Notes: a model not told the origin generated them from the letters alone. A stretch of DNA of 64,000 bases from Eledone cirrhosa (GCA_964016885.1 OZ024742.1:330646001-330710000), one strand, 5' to 3'; shown: positions 43,329 to 58,353, counted from the stretch's first letter. Numbers and translations are program-made.

Positions 43329-43395
43329 TTTTATCTGATGAAAACACAAATATTATTGTTTGATGATGTTTGTTTTTGAAATGCGCATAATAAAA
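43329..43395 (+). ncRNA. Canonical type I hammerhead at the PLE 3' end (inverted twin 40464-40530 with GAAA>GGAA)
   Basis: ttttat-CTGATGA-aaacacaaatatt...gatgtttgttttt-GAAA-tgcgca-TA-ataaaa. Stem I is 6 bp and loop III is palindromic. Confidence 0.87.
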
Positions 43396-43427
43396 TATAT
43401 TGAACTCCTTTAACCATCTTTTGATCT

Positions 43428-43582
<155 letters not shown>

Positions 43583-44624
43583 CATATTATAGTTAAAACA
43601 GAAAACTAAAAACAGAAACCAAAAGAAGATTAGAGTACAAAGTGTTAGTATTAGGTTCACGTATGAGAGTGGGCACGGGGGGGGGGGGGCGTTTCAGACA
43701 AGAGCAATTCATCATTTTAATTTTTTAGAGGGTACAAAAAATTAAAATGAAACAAGTGGTGAAAGGGTGTGAGTCGTGTAGGTGGGGAGATGGGAGAGGG
43801 AGAGAGGGGCTCCGAGCGGGGAGGGTGGAAGGCGGTGTGTGTGTATCTGTGTAGGTGTTACGTGTGCGTGTGTATGTGTGGATGTGAGTGTGAAGGTTTG
43901 GGGAAGAATGAGTTTCCATGTTCGGGTAATAGGGAAACCAGTGTACACATGGAGTGTGGTGTAAGTCAGTGTGTGTCTGTGTGTGGATGGCGAGGGGCGG
44001 GTGGAGGCCGAGTGTGTGTATGTGAGGATACACACATGTGTGCGCGTGTGTTTTTGTGTGGTTTTGATGTATGGTTGTGTGTGTGCGAAAATAGTGTAAG
44101 CGTTTGTGTGTATGTGTGTGTGAGTTCCTGGATGTTTCCCGGCAGAGTATAGGAATAGATTCCGAGTATAGTGGTGTAGAATCCTTGGTATGATATTGAG
44201 GATGTAGATATTGTGGGGTGCGCGCGCAACAGGGAGAGGTGAGAGGGTCAATGCAGGGGGAAGGACGTGGAAGGGAGGAAGGAGTTAGCAGTAGGAAGGT
44301 GAAAAGTAGGCAGTGGTAGAGAGGAAGGCAGACGGACAGGTGTTAGAGATGGTCTGCATGTTGTGTGGAATGTGTGTATGTGTGTTTACAAGGGAGGGGG
44401 CGCGTATGTGTGAAATATTCTGGGAAAGGGTGGCGGTGTGTGGGAGTATTGTGGGTAGTGCGGGTAGAGAGAGGGAGAGAATGTGCTGGAGACCGTATGA
44501 TTGAGTGTAATGTACTGGTGTGTGTGCGCGTGTTTGTTTATGAGTGTGTGTGTGTGTGGTAGAGTGGGTGTTAGTATTATTGGTGGTGGGATATACATAT
44601 ATATGTATATAGAAATAAACAGTA

Positions 44625-45480
44625 AAATATGTGTCTAAAATTACGAGGGTAGAGAATACCACAATTGTTTTATATATTTAACCTGAAACATACAGTAAGA
44701 TATAACATTTTATATACAGACCGTATCAATAACTATTTCAAATCTCGGACAGATTTGAGATTTAATCTGTTTCGCCCTGAAAATTGTGTTTGTAACAGAT
44801 AATCGTAAGCTTTTTTCAGCGAGAGATAAGATCAAATGAAACAAAACACATTTAACAACAACTCACAGGAGTAAATAATACACCTCGTTGATTGTACGCT
44901 AATCGTGGTGTGAGTGGTTATGCTAGATATAATAGCCTTATTACACTCAACGTATAAGCTCACCTAGTTAGGGAGCCGAAATACAAATAATATACATAGT
45001 TATTAACTCATATTGATAGCCTGCAATTAACAAGCTCAAACTATAAATACTGAGCATTATATAATAATATATGCAATACCAGTAATGCATTGGGTAATTG
45101 CTGGCCTTGTGCCTGAAGTAGAAACAATTATATAATAATATATGTAGAAATAGATAGGGTAAATTATGTGTCTAAAATTACGAGGGTAGAGAATACCACA
45201 GTTGTTTTATATATTTAACCTGAAACATACAGTAAGATATAACATTTTGTGAGCTTATAAGTTGAGTGAAATAAGGCTATTATTTCTAGCATATCCACTC
45301 ACACCAAGTATAGCGTGCAACCCACGAGGTGTATTATTTACTCCTGTGAGTTGTTGTTAAATGTGTTTTGTTTCATTTGATCTTATCTCTCGCTGACGAA
45401 AAGCCTACGGATTATCTGTTACAAGCACACTTTTCAGCGCGAAACAGATTAAATCTCTAATCTGTACGAGAGATGAAAAC
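44625..45480. repeat. Direct (44625-44710 / 45163-45248) plus inverted (~44735-44965 / 45249-45480) duplication with a hammerhead-like motif; includes a SINE 3' fragment at ~45078-45130
   Basis: tatgtgtctaaaattacgagggtagagaataccaca occurs twice. aacaacaactcacaggagtaaataatacacctcg vs cgaggtgtattatttactcctgtgagttgttgtt. Confidence 0.85.
45385..45474 (+). ncRNA. Type I hammerhead with long perfect stems I and III, irregular stem II
   Basis: atctctcg-CTGACGA-aaagcc...cttttcagcgc-GAAA-cagatta aatctc taatctg-TA-cgagagat. Confidence 0.75.
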
Positions 45481-45740
45481 TATTTATTGCGTTATCGACA
45501 TGTTACGCGAGTTTCGCAGATGATGGACTCAAGGTGACCGATAGGATTATGGACCCATAGGGTTTATGGACCGCACTCCAGTATAGATCTGCTCCTCAGA
45601 CTGTTTGTAAGACAAAAAAACATATGTTGCCGCACCACCCCTCTGAGTAGCAGACCGACACTGGAGTCGATTCCATAATCCTTATGGGTCGCCCCTGCGA
45701 AATACACGTAACAGGTTGATACGCAATAAATAGTTTTCAT
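45473..45740. repeat. Imperfect palindrome made of two inverted hammerhead-like copies
   Basis: Ends are atgaaaactatttattgcgt / acgcaataaatagttttcat. Minus strand 45501-45602: CTGAGGA-gcag...ctgc-GAAA-ctcgcg-TA. The plus arm reads CTGAGTA-gcag...ctgc-GAAA-tacacg-TA. Confidence 0.72.
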
Positions 45741-45870
45741 ATGTAAAGGGAACTTTCTCGATTTCTCTAGTATATATATATATACGCAGGTCCCGGGTTG
45801 AGTCGGGGATAACCACAGTAAGTAAGGTACTCAATACATGGCAGAGTAATTTTGTTTTATTTTATAGAAG

Positions 45871-46098
<228 letters not shown>

Positions 46099-46312
46099 CA
46101 CAATATATCGTTAAAGGTAATCCGTTAAGAGGTTGTGAGAACTACTTATCATGGGTAGTTTAAGCATACGGCGTTGTGTGACTCAACAAGAGGTTTACGT
46201 GGATGACGAGTTAATGACTTCACTTGTATTCCTATGTAAGTATATCTTGGAGTGATTACATTGAAAAAGTGAAGAATAACATGGTCAACACTACAAAAAA
46301 GGAAATGTATTT

Positions 46313-46426
46313 ACAGTCTAACAGTTGTTTCCATGGTAGAGATGTCTAGAAATTGCTAAACAATGAAGAAGACAGTTGCACTCAATATCTAATACATGTT
46401 AGCTCCATCATTTCCTCAGAGACTGT
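46313..46426 (-). ncRNA. Type I hammerhead with ~80-nt stem II region
   Basis: Minus strand: acagtct-CTGAGGA-aatgatggag...ctctaccatg-GAAA-caactg-TT-agactgt. Stem I is a perfect 7 bp. Confidence 0.7.
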
Positions 46427-46684
46427 CAACGTTCTGAGTTAAAATCCGGCGAGATAAAATATGTACCAGTTATGTACTGGCGTTAATACAATCGACTTTC
46501 TCTTTTTTCCTAAACTGTTGTCCTTGTACTTAAGTTAAAAAGACTTATTTGCTTAAAACTTAATTTATATTCCGTCTGCTTCATATTTAGATAACAGAAT
46601 GTTAAGAAATAGAAATGTTACTCAAATATAGCAAACCAATAAATATAGAAATAATGGAGGTCGCATGTATTTTAAATTGAGTGC

Positions 46685-49600
46685 ATCTGTATTTTTGCTT
46701 TTGTGTGCCATCAATTGTATCTGCATCTTGTGAAATCTGCTTGTGCCCTAGCATTTAGCTGTGGTGCTTAACAACCCCAACATGTACCCCTCCTGAGTAT
46801 AAGCTCCTCCAAGCTTAGTCACACGAACAATCGAAATACAATAGAGGGTAAAGATGGGGAGATCGGAGATGGCGAACAAGGAGTGGGTACATGTTGGGGT
46901 TGTTAAGCACCACAGCTAAATGCTAGGGCACAAGCAGATTTCACAAGATGCAGATACAATTGATGGCACACAAAATCAAAAATACAAGCACTGGTTAAAA
47001 CATAATAAACAAATATTATAATAAAATAATCAAAAAAATGTAAAAGCAAGATAATAAAAAAGTGATAAAAAGTAAATAAAAAGGTAAAAAATGTGTTTAA
47101 AAAAGGTTTAAAAGGAAAGAAATGAAACCAGAAAGAAGAAAAATGTGTTAAGCACATAAAAAATCAGAGGAATTAAAGCGCTGGTTCCTTATAAAGCGAG
47201 TGAATAGGATCTCCGTAACTTATAGTTATATAAGCACTAAGAGGTTCTTAAGGTACATCCAGAAAGGCCAAAGTAATCAAAATCCCCTGCATGTTATACA
47301 TATACAAGGTATACTTGTAGGTACCTTAATTACTTAGCCCATGGGTGCTCCAGAAGCATATAGACGGGTGTCACATAAATGCAAGCCATACACAAGCAAA
47401 TTAGTGTTATTATAGGATAGAGCTGAGTATAACCAGTATATAGACAGGCACCACATATAAAGCAAACCATACGCAAGCAAAGCGGGGTTATTGTAAGATA
47501 GAGCTGAAGCAAAATCCCCATAATATTATTTTAGTTACTGTAAAACCAACTGGCAAATAGTTACTACACATGTATCTTTACCGTATAGGGTAGACCAATC
47601 GGTTACAAATGTCCCGAATGTCTAGGGGTTAAATAGAAATAGGATTGTCAGTACATAAAAAATGAGTCTAAATAATACAACATTTATTTATTTATTTATT
47701 TATTTCAGTACTTAGTCCCTGTTAGTGCAACAGCGTAATATGTTCTGTCCCTTCTGACGTAATAGTACTATATCGTTTCGACAACCTATCGCTGTTTTGG
47801 GGTAGGCAATTGAGCTAATTGCCCCACCTAGCATAGTCCAAATAACCATTATGAGCAGCTCTTGTTCTACTGTTGGACCCTTCCTGCTTCGAAACATGCG
47901 TGCACTGCACACTCACCACCCGGTGTTGTGGACACAATACTTGCACATTGGGATTATTATAACTCCATCTACTATGGAACCTATATGTTATACTCTCTGA
48001 TTGAACTCAACCCATTCGAACACTCCCCCATAATGGAATCAGTGAAACAATAGGGCCTATTAACATATCACTAGGTAACCGGGTTTTAATGGTCTATCGT
48101 ACGACAGACCTGGTAATCCTGGAGGTCCATTATTTCGATAAAATAAAGTGCCAGTAATGCACTGGGTAATTGCTGGCCTTGTGCCAAAAGTAGAAACAAT
48201 TATTAATAATTATTAATTTTATCATTTTTTATTTTTATTTGTACAATTCGTATAGTATGATTATAATTTTAGATAGTTAGCGTAACGTCCTTAATATTGA
48301 TGACGAATGATTTTGCATCTTATATAACAACTTATTACTATTACGAGGAAGGTAATTCCACCACTCGCCCCAATGGATTTAGTCCCACAGACCCATTCGG
48401 GCGTATATAGTTAAATAGTTGTACCCTCCCTAATACGGGACTTGCGTTATCTGCCCACTCCCCACACTTGGTAATACATACAGGTCATACCGGGATTGAG
48501 AACACCGTGCTTGCACATTAGGAATTTGTGAGTTCACTTCACCATGGGATTTAAGGTCTTTACTCCTGTTTGAACAATGCCCCATTTTAGTTCTGGTAAT
48601 GCTACCGTCGGCCTTTTCGACTTTTCATATAGTAACAGAGTGTTAACGGTATTTAGTGTGATACACTTGACAACGCTGCAAGTCCATTAATACTTAATGA
48701 TTATATAGTATTGTTAGCACGAATCTGTCGAATTAGTATGAGGTATGTTGGTGATTAAATATTATTTTTTCTATTTATTTTTATATTGTTTGCAGTCCGA
48801 ATTAAATAAACTTATAGATGACAAATTAGAGTGGTCCCACATTTATTTACCACTTTTCTGTCACGTCATTATTTGACGACTAAAAACGTGTGCATTGTTA
48901 TACACTTAGCAGCGATAAACGAAATAGCATGTTATCTTGAGGCATATTTATAAATTTACGTGGTATGTAAGCTGTCTTTTATAATCTTTATAATCTCTGT
49001 ATATATGTTCGGGTTTAACCCCACCTAGCAGGCATGCTAGGGTACCTGGTGGATTTAATGATTTGGGCACTTTGTGCTATTTTCTTTTCTGTTTTGTTTA
49101 GATTGTTAACCCACGTGTTCTGATCGCTGATGCTGTTACCAGGCATTGTTTTTGACGAGTTCGTGACTGGATTGTGTCTGGTGACTCTGGTTGTAATGAA
49201 TCTGGAACTGAAACTTGAACACATTATGTTATACGGCCTGGGATCTTATACATAAGAGGTTTTTTTTATGTATAAATCGAGCATATAATTCCTGTTACTG
49301 GATGTGTTGTTATGTTTGAGTGAGAATTTATATCCAACAATTTTGTAGTTTATATCATACTAATTTATACTTTGAACCATCTACATATGTTGTATTATTT
49401 AGACTGATTTATTATATACTGACAATCCTATTTCTATATAACCACTAGACATTCGGGACATTTGTAACCAATTGGTCTACCCTATACGGTAAAGATACAT
49501 GTGTAGTAACTCTTTGCTAGTTGGTTTTACAGTAACTAAAATAACATTGTGGGGCTTTTGCTTCAGCTCTATCTTACAATAAGCCCGCTTTGCTTGCGTA

Positions 49601-50385
49601 TGGTTTGCTTTATATGTGGTGCTTGTCTATATACTTGTTATATTTAGCTCTATCCTGTAATAACCGTAATTTGCTTGCGTATGGCTTGCATTTATGTGAC
49701 ACACGTCTATATGCTTGTGGAGCACCAATGGGCTAAGTAATTAAGGTACCTACCAGTATACCTTGTATATGTATACCATGGAGGGGATTTTGATTACTTT
49801 GGCCTTTCTGGATGTACCTTAAGAACCTCTTAGTGTTTATATAACAATACGTTACGGAGATCCTATTCACTCGTTTATTAGGGACCAGCGCTTAAATTCC
49901 TCTAGTTTTTTTTGTGCTTAACACATTTTTCTTCCTTCTGGTTTCATTTCTTTCCTATTAAAAATGTTTTTAACAAATTTGTTACCTTTTTATTTACTTT
50001 TTATCTCTTTATATTATCTTCCTTTTATATTTTTTTATTATTTTATTATTATATTTTTTTAAATTATGTTTTAACCATGGCTTGTATGTTTACTTTTGTG
50101 TGCCATCAATTGTATCTGCATCTTGTGAAATCTGCTTGTGCCCTAGCATTTAGCTGTCGTGCTTAACAACCCTAACATGTACCCCCACCTTGTTCACCAT
50201 CTCCAATCTCCCCATCTTTACCCTCTATTGTATTCAGATTGTTCGTGTGACTAAGCTTGGTGGATCTTATGCTCAGCACTGCGTTCATTAAACTCTGACG
50301 AAATCTACCAAACGGTATGGATGAAACATTGTAAGCAAATAAAAACTCTTTGAGTATGTAAGCGTTCTTTGGTTTCTTTTACCCC
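46685..50385 (+). mobile_element. Non-coding ~3.7-kb PLE-type remnant with ~890-bp inverted arms (46793-47683 / 49387-50276), an extra direct copy (46685-46792 vs ~50080-50190) and a terminal hammerhead
   Basis: Arms are reverse complements (mirror ORFs 46903-47157 minus and 49912-50166 plus). A SINE 3' fragment is at ~48130-48200. Confidence 0.8.
50292..50338 (+). ncRNA. Type I hammerhead, same flanking family as 23081-23122
   Basis: act-CTGACGA-aatctacc aaac ggtatggat-GAAA-cattg-TA-agc, followed by aataaaaact.tttga...ttctttg as in the 23.1-kb copy. Confidence 0.7.
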
Positions 50386-50393
50386 CCCCCCCC

Positions 50394-50438
<45 letters not shown>

Positions 50439-50479
50439 ATCAATAACGGAAGTCTCTTCAAGGACATATTAGCCCCGTT

Positions 50480-50730
50480 AATATTTGGAGGGTGTAAAAT
50501 AAAAATCTCATATTCGCTGATGATATCTAACAGCTAGCATGTAACAAAAGGGCAAATACATTTTAGTAAACCACTTCAATATAATTACCATCAAATGTGG
50601 AATTCTAATTAGCAGAGAAGACAAAGGATATGACTAACAGAAGCAACACCAGAATTACTATTAAGGTCCAGAAGGTTGAGAAGAATAACCACTCCAAACA
50701 CATAAGTGCCAATATCACAAAGGAAATTTC
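50480..50730 (+). pseudogene. Old non-LTR (RTE-like) reverse transcriptase relic
   Basis: With frameshifts: GGCKI.NLIFADDI...CGILIS.EKTK.M...ITI...KVE..NHSKHISANI, matching the NLRFADD / GL.IN..KTK.M / FKYLGS series. Confidence 0.6.
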
Positions 50731-52324
50731 AAAGAAGTATTTTTTCCCATATATGTTTCACCTTGAGGAACTAACGGATAAGTACTTTGCAACAAGCAAA
50801 GTAGTAGTTCAAAACTGAGAGAGATGGGGGTGGTCTACATTTCCCCTTTATGCGTATGCCGCCATGACGCTGGATGGTGGAGGGAATGTAAAGTGAAGAG
50901 AAATGAGATCATCGCTGCACGTGTGAATACATTCTTTGGTGTTGATTTATGAAAGGAAATTTCGAATTTCTAATATATGATTAATGTTCTAATGTTGAAA
51001 GTTAACAAATAAATTGTTCTTTGTTGTGCAACTTGTTTACAATTATGAACAAATATATTTCTGTTCAGAATGGCGAAAATCCAAACTAATTTATTTAGTA
51101 ACTGTATATCCGAATGAGTTTAGATCCGTTAGATATATGCTGGGCCTGTCATCATTAACCCTTATTCGTATTTCACATGCGTACGATAAATAATGGAAGG
51201 GTGATTAATAATCTAATCTAAGAACATAAACAAATTAGGTTGCAAGATGATGCTTGTAATGATATTTTCTGAAAGATCAGGAAACATAAGTCGCATAAAA
51301 AGAACCTCAAAGAATTGCTCATAGTATGAAATAATTCAGAAATAGTGCTGAATTATAAGATCTATGAATAAGATGAAATTGTTCACTTCCTGGTAAATGC
51401 AGTTGGCGATACTGCTTTTTAGCACATCTATTAAATAGCATATTTATCTTACTTGATATTAACCAGATTGTTATTACCAGTACAGCTGATGTTATTACTA
51501 GGATCATCATTTGCAGATATGAGATTACAGGCTCGATCCCATAAGGCAGTATCTTCTAAGCGCATACTTTACCGTGGAGTTGATCACGGTTTGTGGATGA
51601 CATTTGGTAGACACAATTTGTATGAAAATCTGGTATATTGATTGCCTTGTTTCATATTACGTCTAGCTTATTCTACATAAGAATCAGCTTAAGACCCCAA
51701 GTGTCGGAACTCGAACCTTAAATCAACGAGTAGACTTTCAGTTGCTCAAGCGACTACTAAACTATCATCACGGAAACAGATGGGCGATATATTATTCAAT
51801 ATGCTCGCGTATTTAAGTATATGGTAGTTACGAATGTCTATACAATTCATAACTTGCTGCTCGTGTGAATATATTTACCTATCAAATTAACTCAGTACCG
51901 AAAACTAATAGTTTAAACAGACCTGGCATGCCATTAATTAACTTAGATTGCACGAAACACCACATGAATTTAATGTTATGTCTGTATTCAAATAACAGAT
52001 GCGATAGAACTATTTGAAATGTTATCAATTTTATTACTTCCTTTCTTTCTTCCCTGACCATTTTTATTCAAATTCATGACCAATCGTTTTTAATAGATTA
52101 ATCGTTTTAATGTTGGACAATTATACTAAAAATCGATGGGAATATTTAGTTATGTGGTATGATTTTTAAACATTTTTTTTATCGTTACCAAATCACATTA
52201 AATTTCTTGAAATATCTATATATAGGCACGCATACACACAGTGTTCTCTTCTGATCACAGTAGTACACAGCTAAATAAAAAATAGATATTTATGATAGAG
52301 TATTAAGTAAGAATACCATCAACC

Positions 52325-52367
<43 letters not shown>

Positions 52368-52560
52368 ATAATGAAATGAGAGGGGTGTACATCAACAGAG
52401 ATAGAGGTTTCGAAATAATATTTAACTCCGTAATAGCACCACCAACTACAAAAACAATGAACTGCTTTACGTTGAGTACTCTCTATATTATTACATTACG
52501 ATTGACCATACGGAATAGACCAGCTCTATACAGTGGTGAACCTCAAACCTGAATAAATAT

Positions 52561-52662
<102 letters not shown>

Positions 52663-53197
52663 GTATGTGTGTATGTATGTTCATGAGTGTACGTATTACA
52701 TATTCATTTTTATTTCTTTTGTATTTAACAACCTGAGTTTTAAAATTTATATTACGTAGAATTCCGTTCTTTCTTCCTAGGGTGTAATTAAATTATCACG
52801 AAAAATTATTATGTTTCATCCTGTAATGTTTAACCTCAAAGACATGACAAAGTAGTAGACAAGTTATTGATGTTGTTTATAGTTTGAAATGAAAATATGT
52901 TTTATTGCAGATATATTGTTTATTTAATATAATTTTTCTCTTGATGATCGTCTAGGAAAGTAATTATAATATCCTCAAAACATGTTCGGGCTCCATTTAG
53001 ACTTGAAACGTATATGTTACAGCTCCTCGTTATGTGAAACATTCTGACAGTATAAATATAATGAAACTATAAATTAAATGATTTTCCCGTAGGCAACTGG
53101 GTAGTGTGTTGCAGCACTGGATGGAATGTCGAATAGTATGCGATATTGTATTTCTCTGTTTGCAGTCAATTCAGGGAGAAAGAAACTATATATATAC

Positions 53198-53266
<69 letters not shown>

Positions 53267-53291
53267 GTGTGTGTGTGCGCGTGTGTGTGTT

Positions 53292-53304
<13 letters not shown>

Positions 53305-53322
<18 letters not shown>

Positions 53323-53357
53323 ATGTATGTATGTATGTATGTATGTATGTATGTATG

Positions 53358-53388
<31 letters not shown>

Positions 53389-53400
53389 GTATGTATGTAT
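53305..53400. repeat. (TATG)n microsatellite adjoining (TA)n and (TG)n
   Basis: Direct reading. Confidence 0.95.
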
Positions 53401-54597
53401 TTGGGAATTTTCATGTAAGATGTATAAACAACATTTATAAAGAAAGGAAGAAATGCTTCCATTTCCCTTATTTCTCAGTTTTAATGTCCTCCCCTCACTC
53501 TCGCAGGCTATCTATTTCTATCACCATCTACAGATGCTCACTGCACTCTCTTCGCTTCTAGTTAACGACATTCTATCTATTTCGAAACCTCTATCTATGT
53601 TGATGTACACCCCTCACTCCGAAATGTTACACTATTTTTATTTACTGCTTTAGTTTCAACATCGTTTTTTTTTTTTTGTTAACGATACTCTATTCAGAAT
53701 GTATACCCACCTCTATTTCTCAACTTTTGTATGTTTTCCATGTCTTTTTATATCAGCTTATATTTTTCCAACGCTTTCTCAATCACAAACTTTTCTCTTC
53801 TCTGTCATTACCTGTTTAAATTATGCGCAGTCTTTTACAATATCTGTATTTTACCCACCTCTCGCATTATTTTGCTTTCCCTTCTCTTTAAGACTTTATG
53901 TTTCCGACCTCCTCCCCATTTATTCCCTCTCTTTATCACCAATAAATTGGTAGTAATACTATAATCATGTATCCTGTAGTGTTTCTACTCTCCAAACTAT
54001 TTAAATGTTCATTAAAACTCCACACCAATAAACTCTCGCATATGACAGTACATCTATATTTCTATTACGACATGAAATATATTCGGTAGAATAAAAGGAG
54101 ACGTAGAATAAAAGAGAAAGAAATAAAATATTTGGATTTGTGCAACGTATCAGATTACTCTGCATATAATAAAGGGGGAAAATGTGTATGTAAAGTTGTG
54201 TTTCAATATTTGAATGGTAGAACTACATTCATTGAAGCTTCAGATTTCGTAACATCCTAAAGGCCACGTATACGTTATTATGCATTCAGTATTATGTGTT
54301 GCTGAAAGGATAGGAATATATCTAACAACTATCACCACCACTACCAACACCAACCCTCAACTAAATATCGCCCGTGTAGATTATAGCTGCGGGATTATTG
54401 AAAGAAATGAGGAGAGCCTTATGAAATTTCATATGACATTCATCAAACCAAAGATAAAACGCTGCTTGAAGGTAAATGAGACAGAGATATAAAGGAAATG
54501 GACGACCAGTTATTCTCCTATAGTCCTCTGTGCGTTAACACACAACCATGAACGCACACATGCGCGCGTGCGCCTGTAAATATTTATATGTATTTAT

Positions 54598-54653
<56 letters not shown>

Positions 54654-54764
54654 GTGTGTGTGTGTATGTATTTATATACAGACATATATTTAGAGAGAAA
54701 GACGGATATATATATATAAATATATTCAAATGTATATATAAAGCAATATTATACACATATATAG

Positions 54765-54843
<79 letters not shown>

Positions 54844-54963
54844 CATATATAGAGGTATACACACATTATCCATGTTGATTTCAATGCGAACATATGTAAA
54901 AACATATATATACTTTGATGAAAACTGTTAAACAGGCCACAGGTAGGGGTAATATATGTATTT

Positions 54964-55048
<85 letters not shown>

Positions 55049-57013
55049 TGTATGTAGGTGTGTGTGTGTGTGTGTACGTTAATTGATTGTCACTGTTGTA
55101 TTTTATCACCGCAATCAACGAAATATTCTATAATCAGCTTCAAGCTGTCCACGTCAGTTGTACGTATCTAAGATCTCTTATCAAGCAGACCGGTACCCAA
55201 CGGAGTATTGGTGTGTTAATAAATATGAAGATACGATATTACATTATGTATTTCAATTTATTAAATAACTACGATGTTTCACGTTAGATTCCTACATATA
55301 ACACGCCATTATCAGAGGTGATATGCAGAGTACAGGACATAAATTGTGATTGTCAAAATTCGTTTAGCATAAAGAAGTAATGTATTTCAATTTATCCCTA
55401 AATGCTAGTGTGCGTGAACAGAATATGCTAGTTTACCAAGTTTTCCATTCAGCTGAGCACTCAAAATGTTCAAACCTTATCTAGTTGATGGGTTCATTCG
55501 TTGTCATGCCCCTCCAGAGTGTTTCCCTATTATTAATAATACAATATTTATTTTTCATATTATCATGTTTCACTAAATACAAATGTCTTTCTTTTGCAGA
55601 ATTTAATAATCTAATCAGTTAGGTATTCATCTTGGGGTATGCTTCAGTTTTACTTATTTAATCTCGTTTAATCGTTCGTATTTGGGAGCGTGCAATTTTG
55701 GCTTTGCCATAGAAGCTGACGATGAAAATCCAAAGCCAAGTATGCAAATGTGGCAATAGCTTTTGGGTGCAGTTGCCTATAAACAAAAGTGGCCTTGAAA
55801 CACAATCAACTAAAAGATAACACTAGATACAAGCGTTGCTTAAATACGACAATCAATGACATAACATGTCTACGGGAATATTATCAACACCCGATAACAC
55901 CAAGTCGAATATATATATCGACATTGACTCGTCACCTTTCTTAACTAAGATACGATTGTACGTGTTATGAGCAACTTTAATAACTTGATTAAAATCAGGG
56001 TTGACCGCATAGTATTTTTAGCCAGAGAAGCAGGATTCATTGAACGATAGCCATCTACAACAGCTACACAAAACATGACCGACGCGAATCCCAAAGAATC
56101 GTATTACCTGATTTTAAATGATCAGTTTTATACAAATTTGTATGATAAAAAAAAAAATGTAATTTCTGGCGATCAATATCTTATCAAAATACAACCTTTC
56201 TGCATATAAGTTTTTTGTAGATAATGAAATCAGTGGATAATCACATATGAGGTTACGGCATGTAACATAATTTGAGTTGCCTCAATGTGGATTTTATAGA
56301 AGAAAATATATAAAAAATGTTTAAGGTTCAAGCGTCGTCAAATGTTTTGACTATAGAAAAAAATCGATGGAGCTTTAACTTTCTAATAAATTTCACTCGT
56401 CGTTTCTAAACACACCCTCATTCGATTAATAATGTTCGTAATGCAGTAAGAGCAAGAAGTGTCAAAAACCTAAATATTTGTCAGCGATCAGACACCCAGT
56501 CAAAATTATTTTATTTAGTGGAAGAGGTACATAACTAGGGGAAGGGCATACATATTGTGTGGCATGACTTGAATGCAAATACCACTGTACTAAACTTAGG
56601 CAGAAACTAGTAAATAATCATATGATATTCATTATATAGAAATACACATCTCTAATGTAACATTAGTGTCCATCTTTCTCCACTTCCTCATTATATAGAC
56701 GATGACAGTTAGCTGAGATAACATGATAGAAAAAACCCGTATTTATATGGTTTGAATAACACTATATTCTATTTAAAGTGTCTGGCAATATTTCAAGTAT
56801 GAACCCGGAATAATGTAAAATGTAAAACAATTGAAGTTTTCGACTGAGATGCCCAATATTTGTGCGGACAATACACAGACATACTGGAGTGAATATATAA
56901 TACATTATCTGTGAAAAGAAGTACTTTTCTATATTGAGTCGAAATAATACATATGTATATATGTTATCTTAGGATAACTACCAGCGTTCACACACGAACA
57001 TACACACATACAC

Positions 57014-57051
<38 letters not shown>

Positions 57052-57943
57052 CGAAGGAGTTGGGGTAAGGAACCAGATGGACCATAACGCACCAGAGTAC
57101 TTAATATTTAGGGTAGTAGAGTGGGTAATAAGAAAATGTATGACCCCGACGGCAGAGCTCAAGCCGTTTCGACGGCTATTTCTGGACTAAATTAGAATTG
57201 TTAGCCTGGTAAATAAATGGCCGAACTTTTCAAGGGGCAATTCCTTATATGGGAAGATTGCATTTGTCAAGAGGATGGTCAAAATTTCTTGTAAACACAA
57301 TTAATTCTATCATGGCAATGGTGGGAGGTGGGGTTGGATGAACTTGCCTGTAGGACAATGAGGGAGTGGGTGGAGCCGGTCAAGTGTAGAAAGTGAAATC
57401 TAAACAGCAAAATCTAAGGATTGTGTATGAAACTAGGCCAGTGGAAGTAGGCGAAAAAAGATACTGGAGAAAATAGAGAAGGGACGAATAGGTAAATCAA
57501 TTGAGATTATGAGATAATAAATAAATAAGAGAAAAATATATACAAATAATAATTTGGATAGTAAAAATTGATAAAAAAGAGTCTAAAACAGCTGCTATAT
57601 TTAGTTGGTGTTGCGTTTTCGGCTAATGCTATGGAATGGGTTAATAAGTTCAGAATAGACGTTACTAAATAAATAAACATTTTTGAAATTATAGAATTGG
57701 TTAGTAAAAAGTAATACAAAATCTCTAGGGTCTAAAACAGCTGCTATAATTAGTTTTTATTGCGTTTTCAGCCAATGCTATCTTTAATTTACTTGGGTGG
57801 TGGTACTGAGGCTACAAAGGCCCGATGGGCTGCCTCGGGGTAGACGAAAGGGGAAAAAGGAAGAGGAAGAAGATAGGGTATGGAAGGAAGTGATAGGAGG
57901 AGACAAAGGGAAGAAGAAAACAGAAAGGAAAAGAAAAGAGTTA

Positions 57944-58353
57944 CATCTACCTATGTAAGCTCGGCTTTCCACTATCTTATTCGTCAAGTGGAATGTTGTA
58001 GCCATTGTCTTCTAAATCGAGACATTAGGGGGTTTGAGGGCGAGGTAATTCCTACGCAATCGGTGTTTGCATGCAGTTACCAGTTTTTATTTTTTTGTTT
58101 AGGAGAGTTGGTCCTTCGTAAACAACATTTGTAATGTTTCCCCCGAGCATAAGTTACACGGACGGCGTCCTCCCGTATAGGAGTTAGCCCGGGACAGTAA
58201 GCTTCAAGTAAGATTGGTAACTGCATGCAAAAACCGATTACATAGGACTTACCTCGCTCTCAAACCCCCTAATGACTCGGGTGGGTAGACAATGGCTGCA
58301 ACATCCCACTTGCCGAAAAAGATAGGGGTAACCCCAGCTTACATAAGTAGATG
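57944..58353. repeat. Diverged inverted repeat (~140-bp arms, ~125-bp spacer) with a degenerate hammerhead-like motif in the right arm
   Basis: catctacctatgtaagct...tttgcatgcagttacca vs tggtaactgcatgcaaa...agcttacataagtagatg. Motif: cccc-CTAATGA-ctcgggtggg...cccacttgcc-GAAA-aaga-TA-gggg. Confidence 0.75.
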
